Part shown: in pieces, positions 1 through 10,800 of the stretch
Layout of the letters: each line of letters starts with the position of its first letter
Numbering within the stretch: the stretch's first letter is position 1
DNA from: Eledone cirrhosa
Taxonomy: Eukaryota
Direction of reading: 5' to 3'
Length of the DNA stretch: 64,000 nt
NCBI GenBank assembly: GCA_964016885.1
Contig: OZ024747.1
Coordinates: forward strand, 30,504,001-30,568,000
Translations under genes and position numbers: made by a program
Notes under the pieces: model-generated
The model's input: the letters and a program-made list of their open reading frames with translations, nothing else
Told to the model about the DNA's origin: nothing
The model's database searches: none

Positions 1-429
1 GTATTTTACTACTGAGAACTTCATAATTTTATTTCCCTTTTACAGCTATCTTTTCCTAAAATTAATACCTATAAGTATACATATAAACTATTTTAATTTC
101 CTGTTATGAATCTAAATTCCTTGTAGTCTATATAAGTTTGTTATTTCTCACTAATACATTTATCCTCCAAAAAATTGTTTTCCTTCGTTTTTAACAACAT
201 TCTTTAATAACATCTAACTCTTATTTATCACATCTATATGAATTAATATAAATTTATCCCTATAAATATACCTATCAATTAAATTAATTTAATTTCTTTT
301 TATAGATCTAAATTCCTTATGTTTTAAATAAGATTGGTATTTCTCACTAACACATTTATCCTAAAATTTTATTCTCCTTCGATTTTAACATTAGCATTAT
401 TCTTTAATAACATCAAATGTTCGTGTACC

Positions 430-640
430 TTTCACCGGCTTGACCTCTTTTCATCCCCAAAGTAATCTTTTCATTCAAAATATTCTTTCGATTCAAAACT
501 TAAGTCTGCATTCCTCTACCCCTAAATTAAATTTCTACTACTACTACTAATCTATCAACTTGACCACTTACTACTTTTCTATTGGTCAATTCAAAACCTG
601 TTGCCAAACAGACCTATTATATTAAATCTTTGTTGGTTTT
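430..640 (-). pseudogene. Possible highly degraded Penelope-like (Naiad-type) GIY-YIG C-terminal remnant
   Basis: Minus-strand translation fragments KWS..., FNLGVEECRL and LNRKNIL resemble the W-x-C-x-LC-x-LN end of Naiad ORFs. Many stops. Confidence 0.25.
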
Positions 641-665
641 TTTCAATAAACAAATATCATTATTT

Positions 666-785
666 CTGAAGACAGCATATATATGTGTAGGTATGTATAT
701 TCCCTCTGATAGTTTGTAAAATTTTTACATAGATCTATATGATATACATACCAACACACACATATATATCCTAGAAACGATCGTA
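666..785 (+). ncRNA. Hammerhead ribozyme motif (type I) with ~100-nt stem II
   Basis: CTGAAGA at 666-672. Stem II pairs ATATATATGTGT/ACACATATATAT and GGTATGTATAT/ATATACATACC. GAAAC-GATC-GT-A at 774-785 has the palindromic ACGATCGT. The 3' strand of stem I is replaced by (TA)n. Confidence 0.6.
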
Positions 786-800
786 TATATATATATATAC

Positions 801-994
801 GGGCGGTGGATTGGAAGTATCGGTATAGAGTCGGACACCATGCTTTGAAGCATAGAGTTACGTCCCTTTATGATCTGAGTTCAAATCCCTCCGAGGTTAA
901 CTTTGCCTTTCATCCTTACGGGGTGATAAAATAAAGTACCAGTAATATACTGGGTAATTGCTGGCCTTGTGCCAAAAGTAGAAACAATTATTAT
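801..994 (+). mobile_element. tRNA-derived SINE, family A
   Basis: GGCGGTGGATTGG..TCGGTA A-box-like head, GAGTTCAAATCC B-box, body GAGGTTAACTTTGCCTTTCATCC..GATAAAATAAAGTACCAG, (ATT)n tail. About 12 full or partial copies in the window. Confidence 0.85.
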
Positions 995-1387
995 TTATAC
1001 TTATATATAAACTATATATAGTTATAAACAGGAAAGGACAGTAGTTTTTATTTTTTACCACCTTATTACTAGTATGAAAATTAGCTCAATGTAAATACAT
1101 CAGATGTATTACAGAGCACGAATATAAAGTTCAAAACAATCAAAACTATGTTCAATACATTTTATTGCTGACAATCGTTTAAATATAATTATCTCGCTAC
1201 ATATACATATCTTAATACTACAAACATTTCTGTACTACACAGCAGCTTTATTTCTGCTTAGATTGTTCACTTAACTATTTATCTGATCCACACTCAACGC
1301 ATCCATCAACGAAACTTTGTTTATGTATATTACACAAGTTGCTTCACAATTTTCACCTTACATCCTACCCATGCATTCCTAACTGCT

Positions 1388-2267
1388 TAATACCCTATTA
1401 CACCTATATTTTGTAATATCTTTGCCATATTGTGCTATATATATATATACTTAATACCATTGCTTTCTTTCCATATTATTATGTATATGCCTAATACCTC
1501 TACATTCTTATTGTCTGTATGCCTATGTACCACTAATGTCCTCCTTTGCGAGTAACTTTCTTTTAAAATTCTTTTATAATCTTGCTATAATATCCGTTGC
1601 TACTGACCACAACATCTTCACTCTCTTTAAATATGACACTGTTGATAGCAACAATAATAGCAACATATATTTATGATTGTTCTGTAGAACAGGAGGTTAA
1701 TTATATGTTTAAATTTTGCCAATGCTCCGATGACTTCAAATGGCTGTTTGGAAGAAACGATTGTCAGCAATGAAATAAAATGTATCGAACATAGTTTTGA
1801 TTGTTTTGAACTTTATATATATATATATGTATATATATATAAAGTTCAAAACAATCAAAACTATGTTCGATACATTTTATTTCATTGCTGACAATCGTTT
1901 CTTCCAAACAGCCATTTGAAGTCATCGGAGCATTGGCAAAATTTAAACATATAATTAACCTCCTGTTCTACAGAACAATCATAAATATATGTTGCTATTA
2001 TTGTTGCTATCAACAGTGTCATATTTAAAGAGAGTGAAGATGTTGTGGTCAGTAGCAACGGATATTATAGCAAGATTATAAAAGAATTTTAAAAGAAAGT
2101 TACTCGCAAAGGAGGACATTAGTGGTACATAGGCATACAGACAATAAGAATGTAGAGGTATTAGGCATATACATAATAATATGGAAAGAAAGCAATGGTA
2201 TTAAGTATATATATATATAGCACAATATGGCAAAGATATTACAAAATATAGGTGTAATAGGGTATTA
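1388..2267. repeat. Near-perfect 880-bp palindrome centred on (TA)n
   Basis: 1388-1813 is the reverse complement of 1842-2267 in every segment checked. The centre 1814-1841 is (TA)n. A third inverted copy of the inner end lies at 1122-1180. Confidence 0.9.
1720..1772 (+). ncRNA. Minimal hammerhead ribozyme motif (U4C core), mirrored on the minus strand at ~1883-1935
   Basis: TGCT-CCGATGA-C-TTCAAAT(GGCT)GTTTGGA-A-GAAAC-GATT-GTC-AGCA, followed by AATAAA. Confidence 0.65.
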
Positions 2268-2874
2268 TGTCAGGTCACCAGTTGGTGCTACTGGTAACAT
2301 GTATCCCAGTACAACCTGTCCCATGGTCGGGTCGTTGGCGACTAAACTGGCAACCCCACCAAGGTTTCTTGGTGAGGAGGGTGACTTTGGACATCCTGCA
2401 GGACTAAAAACAAAACCTGTCAAAGGGCAAAGGAGCTCTTAAGAGTCAATGGCCATCCAAAATCACCGGGAGAGATGACCCCTTAGCCTTTGTCAAGGCA
2501 GAATTCTAGGAGAAGGAAAACTCTGATATAACACCTGCAACCCTGATGGTATCCAATGATGTTGACTTGTTCTTCTTTTTGGTAAATATCATCTTGGTTA
2601 AGAGAGTGGGACTGGCTTTGTGCAGTGCCTTTGCTCACTATAAAAGCTTCACGGCACAGGCATTGCTTTATATCTGGAGATCTCTCTGCACTTGTCGTCA
2701 CATGGTACCATGGGCCCAGCACTATGTGTCAGTAATTGTCACAAGTGTAGTGTTTGTACCAGAGTTTTCAAGTCGCTGGCTGGACTAAAAAGTCACACTC
2801 GTTCAGCGCATCGGTAGGGGTTCTCCTACATGGATATAAAGTAGTGGCCGTACTCGAAAACGAGTTGGCAGCCA

Positions 2875-2911
<37 letters not shown>

Positions 2912-2917
<6 letters not shown>

Positions 2918-5900
2918 CAATATATGGACTCAAAAGCTCACAGCCCGCAAATTCGCCTTTTGGAATCTCCTAACAAATAATGGCAAGGCAGACATATATG
3001 AAAAGTGGCTAAACTCTACCCCAATCATCCTCCCCCAAAAATTTCAAATAAAACCCATCCCGAATGAACCAGAAAACCAACAAAAACTTAGGGAAACGAT
3101 GGCGTTAGAAAAGTTTAAAATAGAAATAGAACTGTTGCGGTTAAGAGCCAACTCCAACGAAGAAACATTCAAGTCACTCGACCAACAGATGGAAACAGAA
3201 ATCTCAAGGCACTCTGAAGGCCTACTCTATGAAAAGACCTTAAAACTTTGGAAAGAAAATTGTGAGGATGAAGAACTAACATCCCTCCAGCGATGGGAAA
3301 AAACGCCACCTGGTTCAACAACTACGAAATGGATTTCAAAAATGAACAACATACAGGTAACCCATTTATAAAACAAGCTAAAACTCACACACCACACTCA
3401 CAACAAATAACAAAAAAAGTAACAAAACGTCCAACATACCCCCAGCAAAACTATGACGATAATCCCAGAACCCATAGACAAAACTATAACCCTACTAAAA
3501 AAAAAACGAATGTCCCCCAACACAAGACAGGACCCGATCCGCAGATCACAACCCACACAAAACCTATTCAAAACCGTAGACCCCAACCCACACAGAACCT
3601 ATTCCAAAATCGTAGATCCCAACCCACACAAAGGAACAAAATCTACACCCGGACCATCAACAAACCGAACCTCAATACGTCCGAAACTTCTATACACAGG
3701 GGAAATGTCATTAGATATAATAATACCCATGAAAAAACAATTCAGAAAAATCATTTTTTAGACCAAGGCTACAGGACCCACGACACCCGGTGGCACAAAC
3801 CGATTTTAAAAAACCGAAAATAATCAACCTTTCAAATACAAACTTCTCAGCTCAAATTAAAATTCTCTCCAAAGGACTGAAATTCACACTAACACCATAA
3901 TACTCTACTCTAACCTCAATGAGATAAATGACGATATCTCACACCTCTGTAGAAAATTACGTCTCACAGAGGAATCTTTTGACAAGGAGAATAACGACCA
4001 ATCAATTGTATGGAATAAAAGCAGCTACAACCCAACAAAAGGTAGAAACAGAGTTCTGGACAAATTTTGTGACCACATAGCAACTTTCCCATACCATGAA
4101 CTACCGCAACCTAAACCCAGACTCAACACGAGTCGAAGGGAATGGGAGATTATCCATGAACTAAAAAACAATATGAACATTATAATTAAGGAAGCGGACA
4201 AGGGAAGTACTGTCGTCATTATGGATGCTGAACAATATAAAAATTCTATGTTCTCTCTCTTATAAAATACTAACTACTATGAAAGAGTAAAAAACTACCA
4301 GCAATCAAAAACGATGACCAGATTAAACACACTAATTTGTCGATACCAGGAAGACTTAACTAAAAAGGAACGCGATTATTTAACACATTTTGAATACAAA
4401 ACCAGCAACCTTTACGGACTTCCGAAGATCCACAAGTGTAAAATAATTAACGATGCCTGTAAATAATCCACCTCAACCTGCGTGAACACGCAATACCCCA
4501 CATACTTTAGATTAAGACGAATTGTAGCGGACCCAGAATGTGAAACACACAGACTAAGCAACTTTATAGACATACTACTAAAACCAATTCTCAAACACAT
4601 ACCAAGCCTTGTAAGAGACGATCTGGACCTCTTAAACCACCTCCCCAAACATGTCAACAACGACACTACTATTGTGTCTTTCGATGTAGTGAATCTCTAC
4701 ACAACGATCCCACACCAATACGGACTATAAGCAATAGGATTCTGGCTAGAGAAATATCCCAATGAGATACCTGACAGAATATAAAAAAAGCTTCATCACC
4801 GAGGGATTAAAATTTATTTTACAGAACAACTTTTTTGATTTCGATGGCAGTACTTACAAGCAAATATCGGGGACTGCGATGGGTACAAAAGTCGCTCCAA
4901 CTTATGCCAACTTAGTCATGGCATACTTGGAAGTCCAGATATATGAATAGTCCAAATCAAAATACGGATTGAACTTCCACAAATATTTATCAGAGAATTG
5001 GAAACGCTACTTGGATGATTGTCTCATTCTTTGGTCTCACACACTCGACCAACTAAATGATTTCAACAATTTAATTAACGGCATCAATAACCACATCCAA
5101 TTTTGAATAAAATACAGCCAAGATCAACTACCATTTCTGGACATCTTAATCATAAAAAAAGACACAAATATTGAAACCGACATACATTACAAACCAACAT
5201 ATTCCAAACAATACCTGCTATTCACATCCAACCATCCAAAGCACACGAAGACGAACATCCCTTTTAACTTAGCAAGAAGAATTTGCACAATTGTCTCCAA
5301 TTATGAAACGCGAAATAAAAGACTTCAAGAATTAAAGGAAATTCAACTCGAAAGACAGTACCCACCATTACTAATAAATAATGGAATAGAAAGGGCTAAA
5401 GCAATAGGCATTGATGAATTACGAAAACAGAAACAAATTCAAGGTACGTCCAATATTCTATCATATATCTCAACACACAACCCAAGAAATGCGGAAGCTT
5501 ACAAAACTATTCACAAGAACATCCCACTATTGAAACAAGGCCTAAGAATGAAAAAAGCCCTTGAAACACACAAAATAATCAAAAGCAAAAGACAACCGAA
5601 ATCACTAAAATCATTACTCACCAATGCCAAATTACCTACCACAAACCCACAACCAACTGTCAAAAAATGTGGTCGCTCTAATTGTGGAACCTGCACTCAC
5701 CTCATTGAAGGCAACACGTATACATTTCAAACAAGACAAAATTTTGCTGTAAAAAATCACTTCACTTGCTCATCAAAAAAATCTACTTTATGCCATTAAA
5801 TGTAAAGGATGCAATGAAAATTATATAGGACAAACTAAACTCACACTCAGAAACAGAATGACAATTCATCGCCAACAATTACGAGATCCTACCACAAGAC

Positions 5901-6063
5901 AGATACTACTAAGTGCACATCTAGACATATGCGCAAGTAATAAGACACCAACATTCCAAGTCTTCCCATTTTATCTTTGCGCTGACAATACAACAGAACA
6001 AATACGAATAAATAAGGAAAATATGTTTATTTAAAAATATAGACCAGGATTAAATATAGTTTA
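2912..6063 (+). mobile_element. Penelope-like element 1 (Neptune-type), degenerate RT + GIY-YIG
   Basis: Frameshifted pieces: ADKGS, YGLPKIHK, SFDVVNLYT, GTAMGTKVAPTYANL, RYLDD, KCGRSNCGTC linker, CKGCNENYIGQT...RMTIHR. Begins at a (TA)n tract. Confidence 0.92.
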
Positions 6064-6498
6064 ATATACATTATGTCAACACCATAACATGCTAACCATC
6101 TAAGCAGACACATACATACACACACATAACACCTTCTATTTTAGAAAATAAAAACAGAACTAAATAAACCTTAACATACGTTAATACTCTTAACATGCTA
6201 ACCATGCACCCCCCACATACACATAACTCCCTCTCCCATTTCTACTAACGGAATCATTTTCCTACACACACACACACACACAAAATATATATATTCTCTC
6301 CATCTTAACATGTTAACCCTACTCCCACACACACATAACACCCATACACAAAACTCTTTCCCCCATTTCTACTAATAGAATCATCTTCCTACACACACAC
6401 ACACCAACACACAAATAAACATAGATATCTCTACTTTCTTTATTTCAATAAAAAGTCTGAATTTTTACACCCCAGCACACCAGCCATATTCACTGAAC

Positions 6499-6846
6499 CA
6501 GAACAATTCTCCCCATCCCGTTTTTCTTGACCATTATCTTTTGTTTGGCACAAAATTCTCTAAAAGACTACAAAACAAATTCCCAAATACAGGCGCGAAA
6601 TTTAATGTACTTGTTCACGTGACAGTCATAATTTCATTTATAACCAATCAAATTACATTTCAGCACATCAGTCATACTCAGAACAACTCTCTCCATCCCC
6701 TTTTCTTGACCATTATCTTTTGTTTGGCACCAAATTCTCTAAATGGCTACAAACAAAAAAAAAATTCCAAAATACGGGCGCGAAATTTAATGTACTTGTT
6801 CATGTGACAGTCATAATTTCATTTATAACCAATCAAATTACATTTA
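6499..6846 (+). repeat. Tandem duplication (~181-bp unit, 2 copies) downstream of PLE 1
   Basis: CAGAACAA.TCTC.CCATCCC...CAATCAAATTACATTT starts at 6499 and again at 6680. Confidence 0.85.
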
Positions 6847-6894
6847 TAAAAAAAAAGCCTTCGTGAGCCACCTTTTTTAAGTAAAAAGAAATTC

Positions 6895-7240
6895 AAACAC
6901 AAACGAACAACGGAGGACACGTTTCGCACCTTTCCGACAGACCCCCCCCCCCCCCCAGTTGATGGATGTGAATCCGAAATATATAGGGACAATTAAATCT
7001 CTCCCAAGGTAACTCTTTCTCGTGTTGTTATTTTAATTGTATCCTTTACGTTCTTTCCTTCATTCCTCTACACGATACAGTCTCAACGTATCTCAACGTA
7101 CACCCACTTACATCTCTCTCTCCACCACCGGATCTTGTTACCCGGAGATTTACCCATCTGCATTGTCGAGGCTGCCAAACGACTTAAAGAAATTTACCTT
7201 ATTATTCCACAATGCTTCAAGCAAACTTCAATACCGTCTT
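6895..7240 (+). mobile_element. PLE pseudo-LTR homologous to 23030-23405
   Basis: Shares CAGTTGATGGATGTGAATCCGAAATATATAGGG, AAG|GTAACT, GGATCTTGTTACCCGGAGATTTACCC and ATGCTTCAAGCAAACTTCAATAC with PLE 2. Confidence 0.85.
6953..6988 (+). ncRNA. Atypical minimal hammerhead motif (core CAGUUGA)
   Basis: CCC-CAGTTGA-T-GGAT(GTGA)ATCC-GAAA-TATA-TA-GGG, then ATTAAA. Identical at 23105-23140. Confidence 0.5.
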
Positions 7241-7428
7241 ATATATACAACCAACATAAACTCAATATATATATATATATATATATATATCCAGGGAGTT
7301 ACTGTAGGTTCACCCGAGTGAGCACTCGATGTTTAGGTTCACTTTAGTATATACTTTCCTTATGCATATTAACGGCTGATCACCCTAATTTGCATATCGA
7401 GTGAGATAGTCAGCCGGGCGTACCGAAT

Positions 7429-7471
7429 ACGATGCTGACGATAGCTAATAAGCTTGAAACTAGTTCATCGT
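7429..7471 (+). ncRNA. Minimal type-I hammerhead ribozyme, copy 1
   Basis: ACGATG-CTGACGA-T-AGCT(AATA)AGCT-T-GAAAC-TA-GT-T-CATCGT. Canonical CUGANGA/GAAA core, 6-bp stem I, palindromic ACTAGT stem III. Confidence 0.8.
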
Positions 7472-7852
7472 TCAGTTTGAACAAAAGGGCAACGATGGTT
7501 GCCGAACACTGTACAGCTTTATACGGGATGTTTGTTTACAAACAAACCGAACATTATAATAAATGTTCGGTAAACCCATACGTACATATATATATGTGCG
7601 CATGTATGTATATATATATATACATACTACTGTGCGTCTGTATACATATATGTATGTACGTATACATACTTATATTTAAGTAACAGCCGTACTAAGAGTG
7701 AGAAATGAAATTTCATTTCATTCTTTTCCATTTATCGTTTTCAGTACTCCGGCCGATTAACTCACTCGATATGCAAATTAGGCTGCTCAGCCGTTAATAT
7801 GCACAAGGAAAGTATATACTTTCAGACGTTCAATCATCTGACAGGAAGGTAT

Positions 7853-7895
7853 ACGATGCTGACGATAGCTAATAAGCTTGAAACTAGTTCATCGT
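7853..7895 (+). ncRNA. Minimal type-I hammerhead ribozyme, copy 2
   Basis: Identical to 7429-7471 and 424 nt downstream, inside a ~90-bp direct repeat. Confidence 0.8.
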
Positions 7896-8059
7896 TCCTT
7901 TGTCAGTGTTGAACAAAAGGGCAACGATGGTTGCCGAACACTGTATGGCTTAATTCGGGGTCCTTCCCACTCAATATAAACACATATGGATGTAAACAAA
8001 GGTATACATACAGACATATACAAACTAACTGATACACACATTCATATATAATATAAATG

Positions 8060-8113
<54 letters not shown>

Positions 8114-8301
8114 CGCGTGCGTGCGTGTGTGTGTGTGCTTTCCTCAGATAAAATACAGATTTGTTTTATAAATAAATATTGACAAACCCGGAAAAAAGAC
8201 AACCTCAACGGTTGAAATTCGCTGGATAAACTGTTGAGTGATTTATATCAGTTATAAAAAATGTTAAGCTTGTTGAATCCCAACAAATTAAATATAACCT
8301 C

Positions 8302-8338
<37 letters not shown>

Positions 8339-8398
8339 AACACTGGAAGGTAATATCCGTAGTGGTAGAGCACTCAGACCAAGGGACGAGTTAGGTTT

Positions 8399-8438
8399 CC
8401 AAGCTGAAGATCCGCTAAGGTGAAACAATTGTTCTCAG
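8399..8438 (+). ncRNA. Minimal hammerhead motif in a 135-bp (TA)n-flanked element
   Basis: CTGAAGA-T-CC(GCTAA)GG-T-GAAAC-AATT-GT-T with palindromic ACAATTGT. Stem I is weak. Confidence 0.55.
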
Positions 8439-9974
8439 TATGGTGAACTAACTGTTGTGTAACCACTTCTATATATATATATATATATATTAAAAAATAA
8501 AATAAAAAGATTAAAAATATATATATATGTATATAAACACATAGACATATATGTATATATACACATGTGTGTGTGCTTGTGTGTCTCAGTGTGTGATTGT
8601 AAAGACCTGACCATTTTGCAGCCACTTGCAGCATGTTAATACAGCCACTTAAAGAAAAACCTCTTGTCTTAGCATAGTTGAACCTTGAAAAGTAAGGAGT
8701 GCCTTCTTTTGTATCCCTCTGTATCACTCTGTATTTTTCTCTAAGTATATATTTTTCAAAGAACCCCCATTCTTTAAATCCATTGGCCAAGACCAATGAC
8801 CTCCACCCATCCCAGTCACCACCTTCTATATTTGGCACAAGGCCAGCAATTATCCTAGTACATTACTGATACTTTATTTATCGACCCCCATAAATATAAT
8901 ATACCACCATAAAACTAGCACTATATATTGTAAATTAGTGTTATAATGTTGAACAATTTTGAGGAATAAATTCACATTGAGCCTGTTCAGTCTCGTCCTA
9001 GACTTTGTAGTTTCTGGGATATTTGCATTTGAAATGATATCTAATTTTTTGAAACACCCTATATTTCTGTAGTGCTGTATCTTTGTCACAGCACAACACC
9101 TGTGTGTGAGTACAGTTTCAATGAGTACATGCAGTAATAGTAACAATCTTGAATTGGAGTGATTCTATCAAACTTCTTTCAATGACCAATGCTAAAAACA
9201 AACATTTGATTGATTATGCACTTTTAAATCTTCTACCATATTTCTAATAAAAAATACCACCTATGATCTTCAAATAGTTTTGAAAATAATAAAAAATTTG
9301 AATGGATTTAGTAATATAACTTTCTCATTATTCCATTGGTGTTTGGAGGATAACTTAACAAATGTTCTTACATAAAAAAATTATGAGGGAAGGCTTTTAG
9401 ATATTTGAAATAAAGAATTTTGTATTGTAGAACCAAGGGTGGTTTCAGGTGGTTAAATAAAAGACAATGAACACTGAAAGTATCAAGTATATTCCAAAAC
9501 ATTCTAGTTGGTCTAACAATGTATAAAGATGTAATGCTATAATCTTTGTAAGTTGATTCTAGCTAATGAAATCTTCTGTCATGTTAAGTGTACTGCCATC
9601 AAACAGATAGTTGGCACACTAAGTGACCTTTATGCCAATTTATTAATTATATCAGTAAGTCGTGTACAATAGCCAGCATTTTATGACCAATCAGATTTTG
9701 CATACCAGCAAGCTGTACCTAAGTTATTGTCTTAACTCAAATTGATTTTCAACCTTCATATAAGTTACTTTTAGTATAAAGACCCTTATGATAGCCAGAA
9801 TTTTGTGATCATTCAAATTTTGCAGATAACCATGCTGTATCTATGACAGATTTTCTATGTTTACATAGTTTAATAATTTTACATACAGAGTCACATATTT
9901 TCAGTATCTAGTAATGTTTTTGTGCATTCAACAAGACAAATGGAACCTAATAGTGAACAATTCTGAATCCAGAT

Positions 9975-10260
9975 ACAGTTTTGTGCAAGAGAGAAGACTC
10001 CATTGGTACAGGCATGTGATGTGCATGGATGATAGTCACTGGGTGAAGAAGTGCTAGGAAATCCCAGTGGAAGGAAGCAACTGTCGATGTAGACCAAGGA
10101 AGACCTTAGCAGAGGGGTGAGAGTTAATCTTAAATCAGTGGGACTCACAGAGGAGTTGATGAAGGAACATGGTGAGTGGAGAGATGTGTTGAAAAGGACC
10201 CATCCAACCCATGTGGGCATGGAAAAATGGATGTAAAAACAATGATGATGATGATGATAA
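9975..10260 (+). mobile_element. RTE LINE 3' remnant
   Basis: Degenerate ERRL.WY.HVM.MD...WVKKC...GRPRKT, followed by a (GAT)n tail. Confidence 0.7.
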
Positions 10261-10689
10261 CATTTTAGAACAGAAATCAATTGATGAGATTACGTAATTT
10301 TTACATGATATAGTCTTGTCTAGGGAAGACTGTAAAGAGTAGCATTTGAAAGACTGTTGGGCTTCCAAAATAACAAAAACAAACAAAAGTAGTTGCTGTT
10401 GTTGTTGATGTATAAACCTAGCTTAGCCTTAAAATACCAGACCTATTATCACAGACATTCCAGCCATAACTCTTGTGAGTTTTAGTTAAACATAGTGTAT
10501 CTGGTGCTACATTATCTCCAACAAGCTCTTACCTTTTTAAGGTGGTAAGGGGGTTTTAGAGGAAGATTCAGCTGTTATCCCTCGTTGGCTCAAAAAAAAA
10601 AAAAAAAAAAAATAGGTGTACTATAAGAATGTATGCTAACAGAAGCATCAACGTAACTATGACTATGCCCCCACCCCCGCCCTGCATAT

Positions 10690-10800
10690 GCGAACCCTGT
10701 GAGGTGGAGTGACTGTTTCAACATGTCTCCCTCACCATCCTCCAGGGCAATGCATTCTTCATCCTGTCGGCCAAAAGCCGAAGGATGGAGTGAGGGCAAA
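10690..10800 (+). mobile_element. CRE-type non-LTR C-terminal fragment (inverted partner at 11035-11107)
   Basis: Translates as LFQHVSLTILQGNAFFILS, homologous to 46660-46720. A reverse-complement copy lies at 11040-11107. Confidence 0.55.

Noticed and set aside
2227-2788. Short ORFs after the palindrome
   Set aside because: No domain similarity. The segment is a dispersed repeat, with 2505-2590 matching 45320-45395 in reverse.
6908-6945. Antisense hammerhead-like CTGTCGG..GAAACGTGTC (also at ~23045-23080)
   Set aside because: No convincing stem I or II, and the cleavage triplet differs between the two copies.
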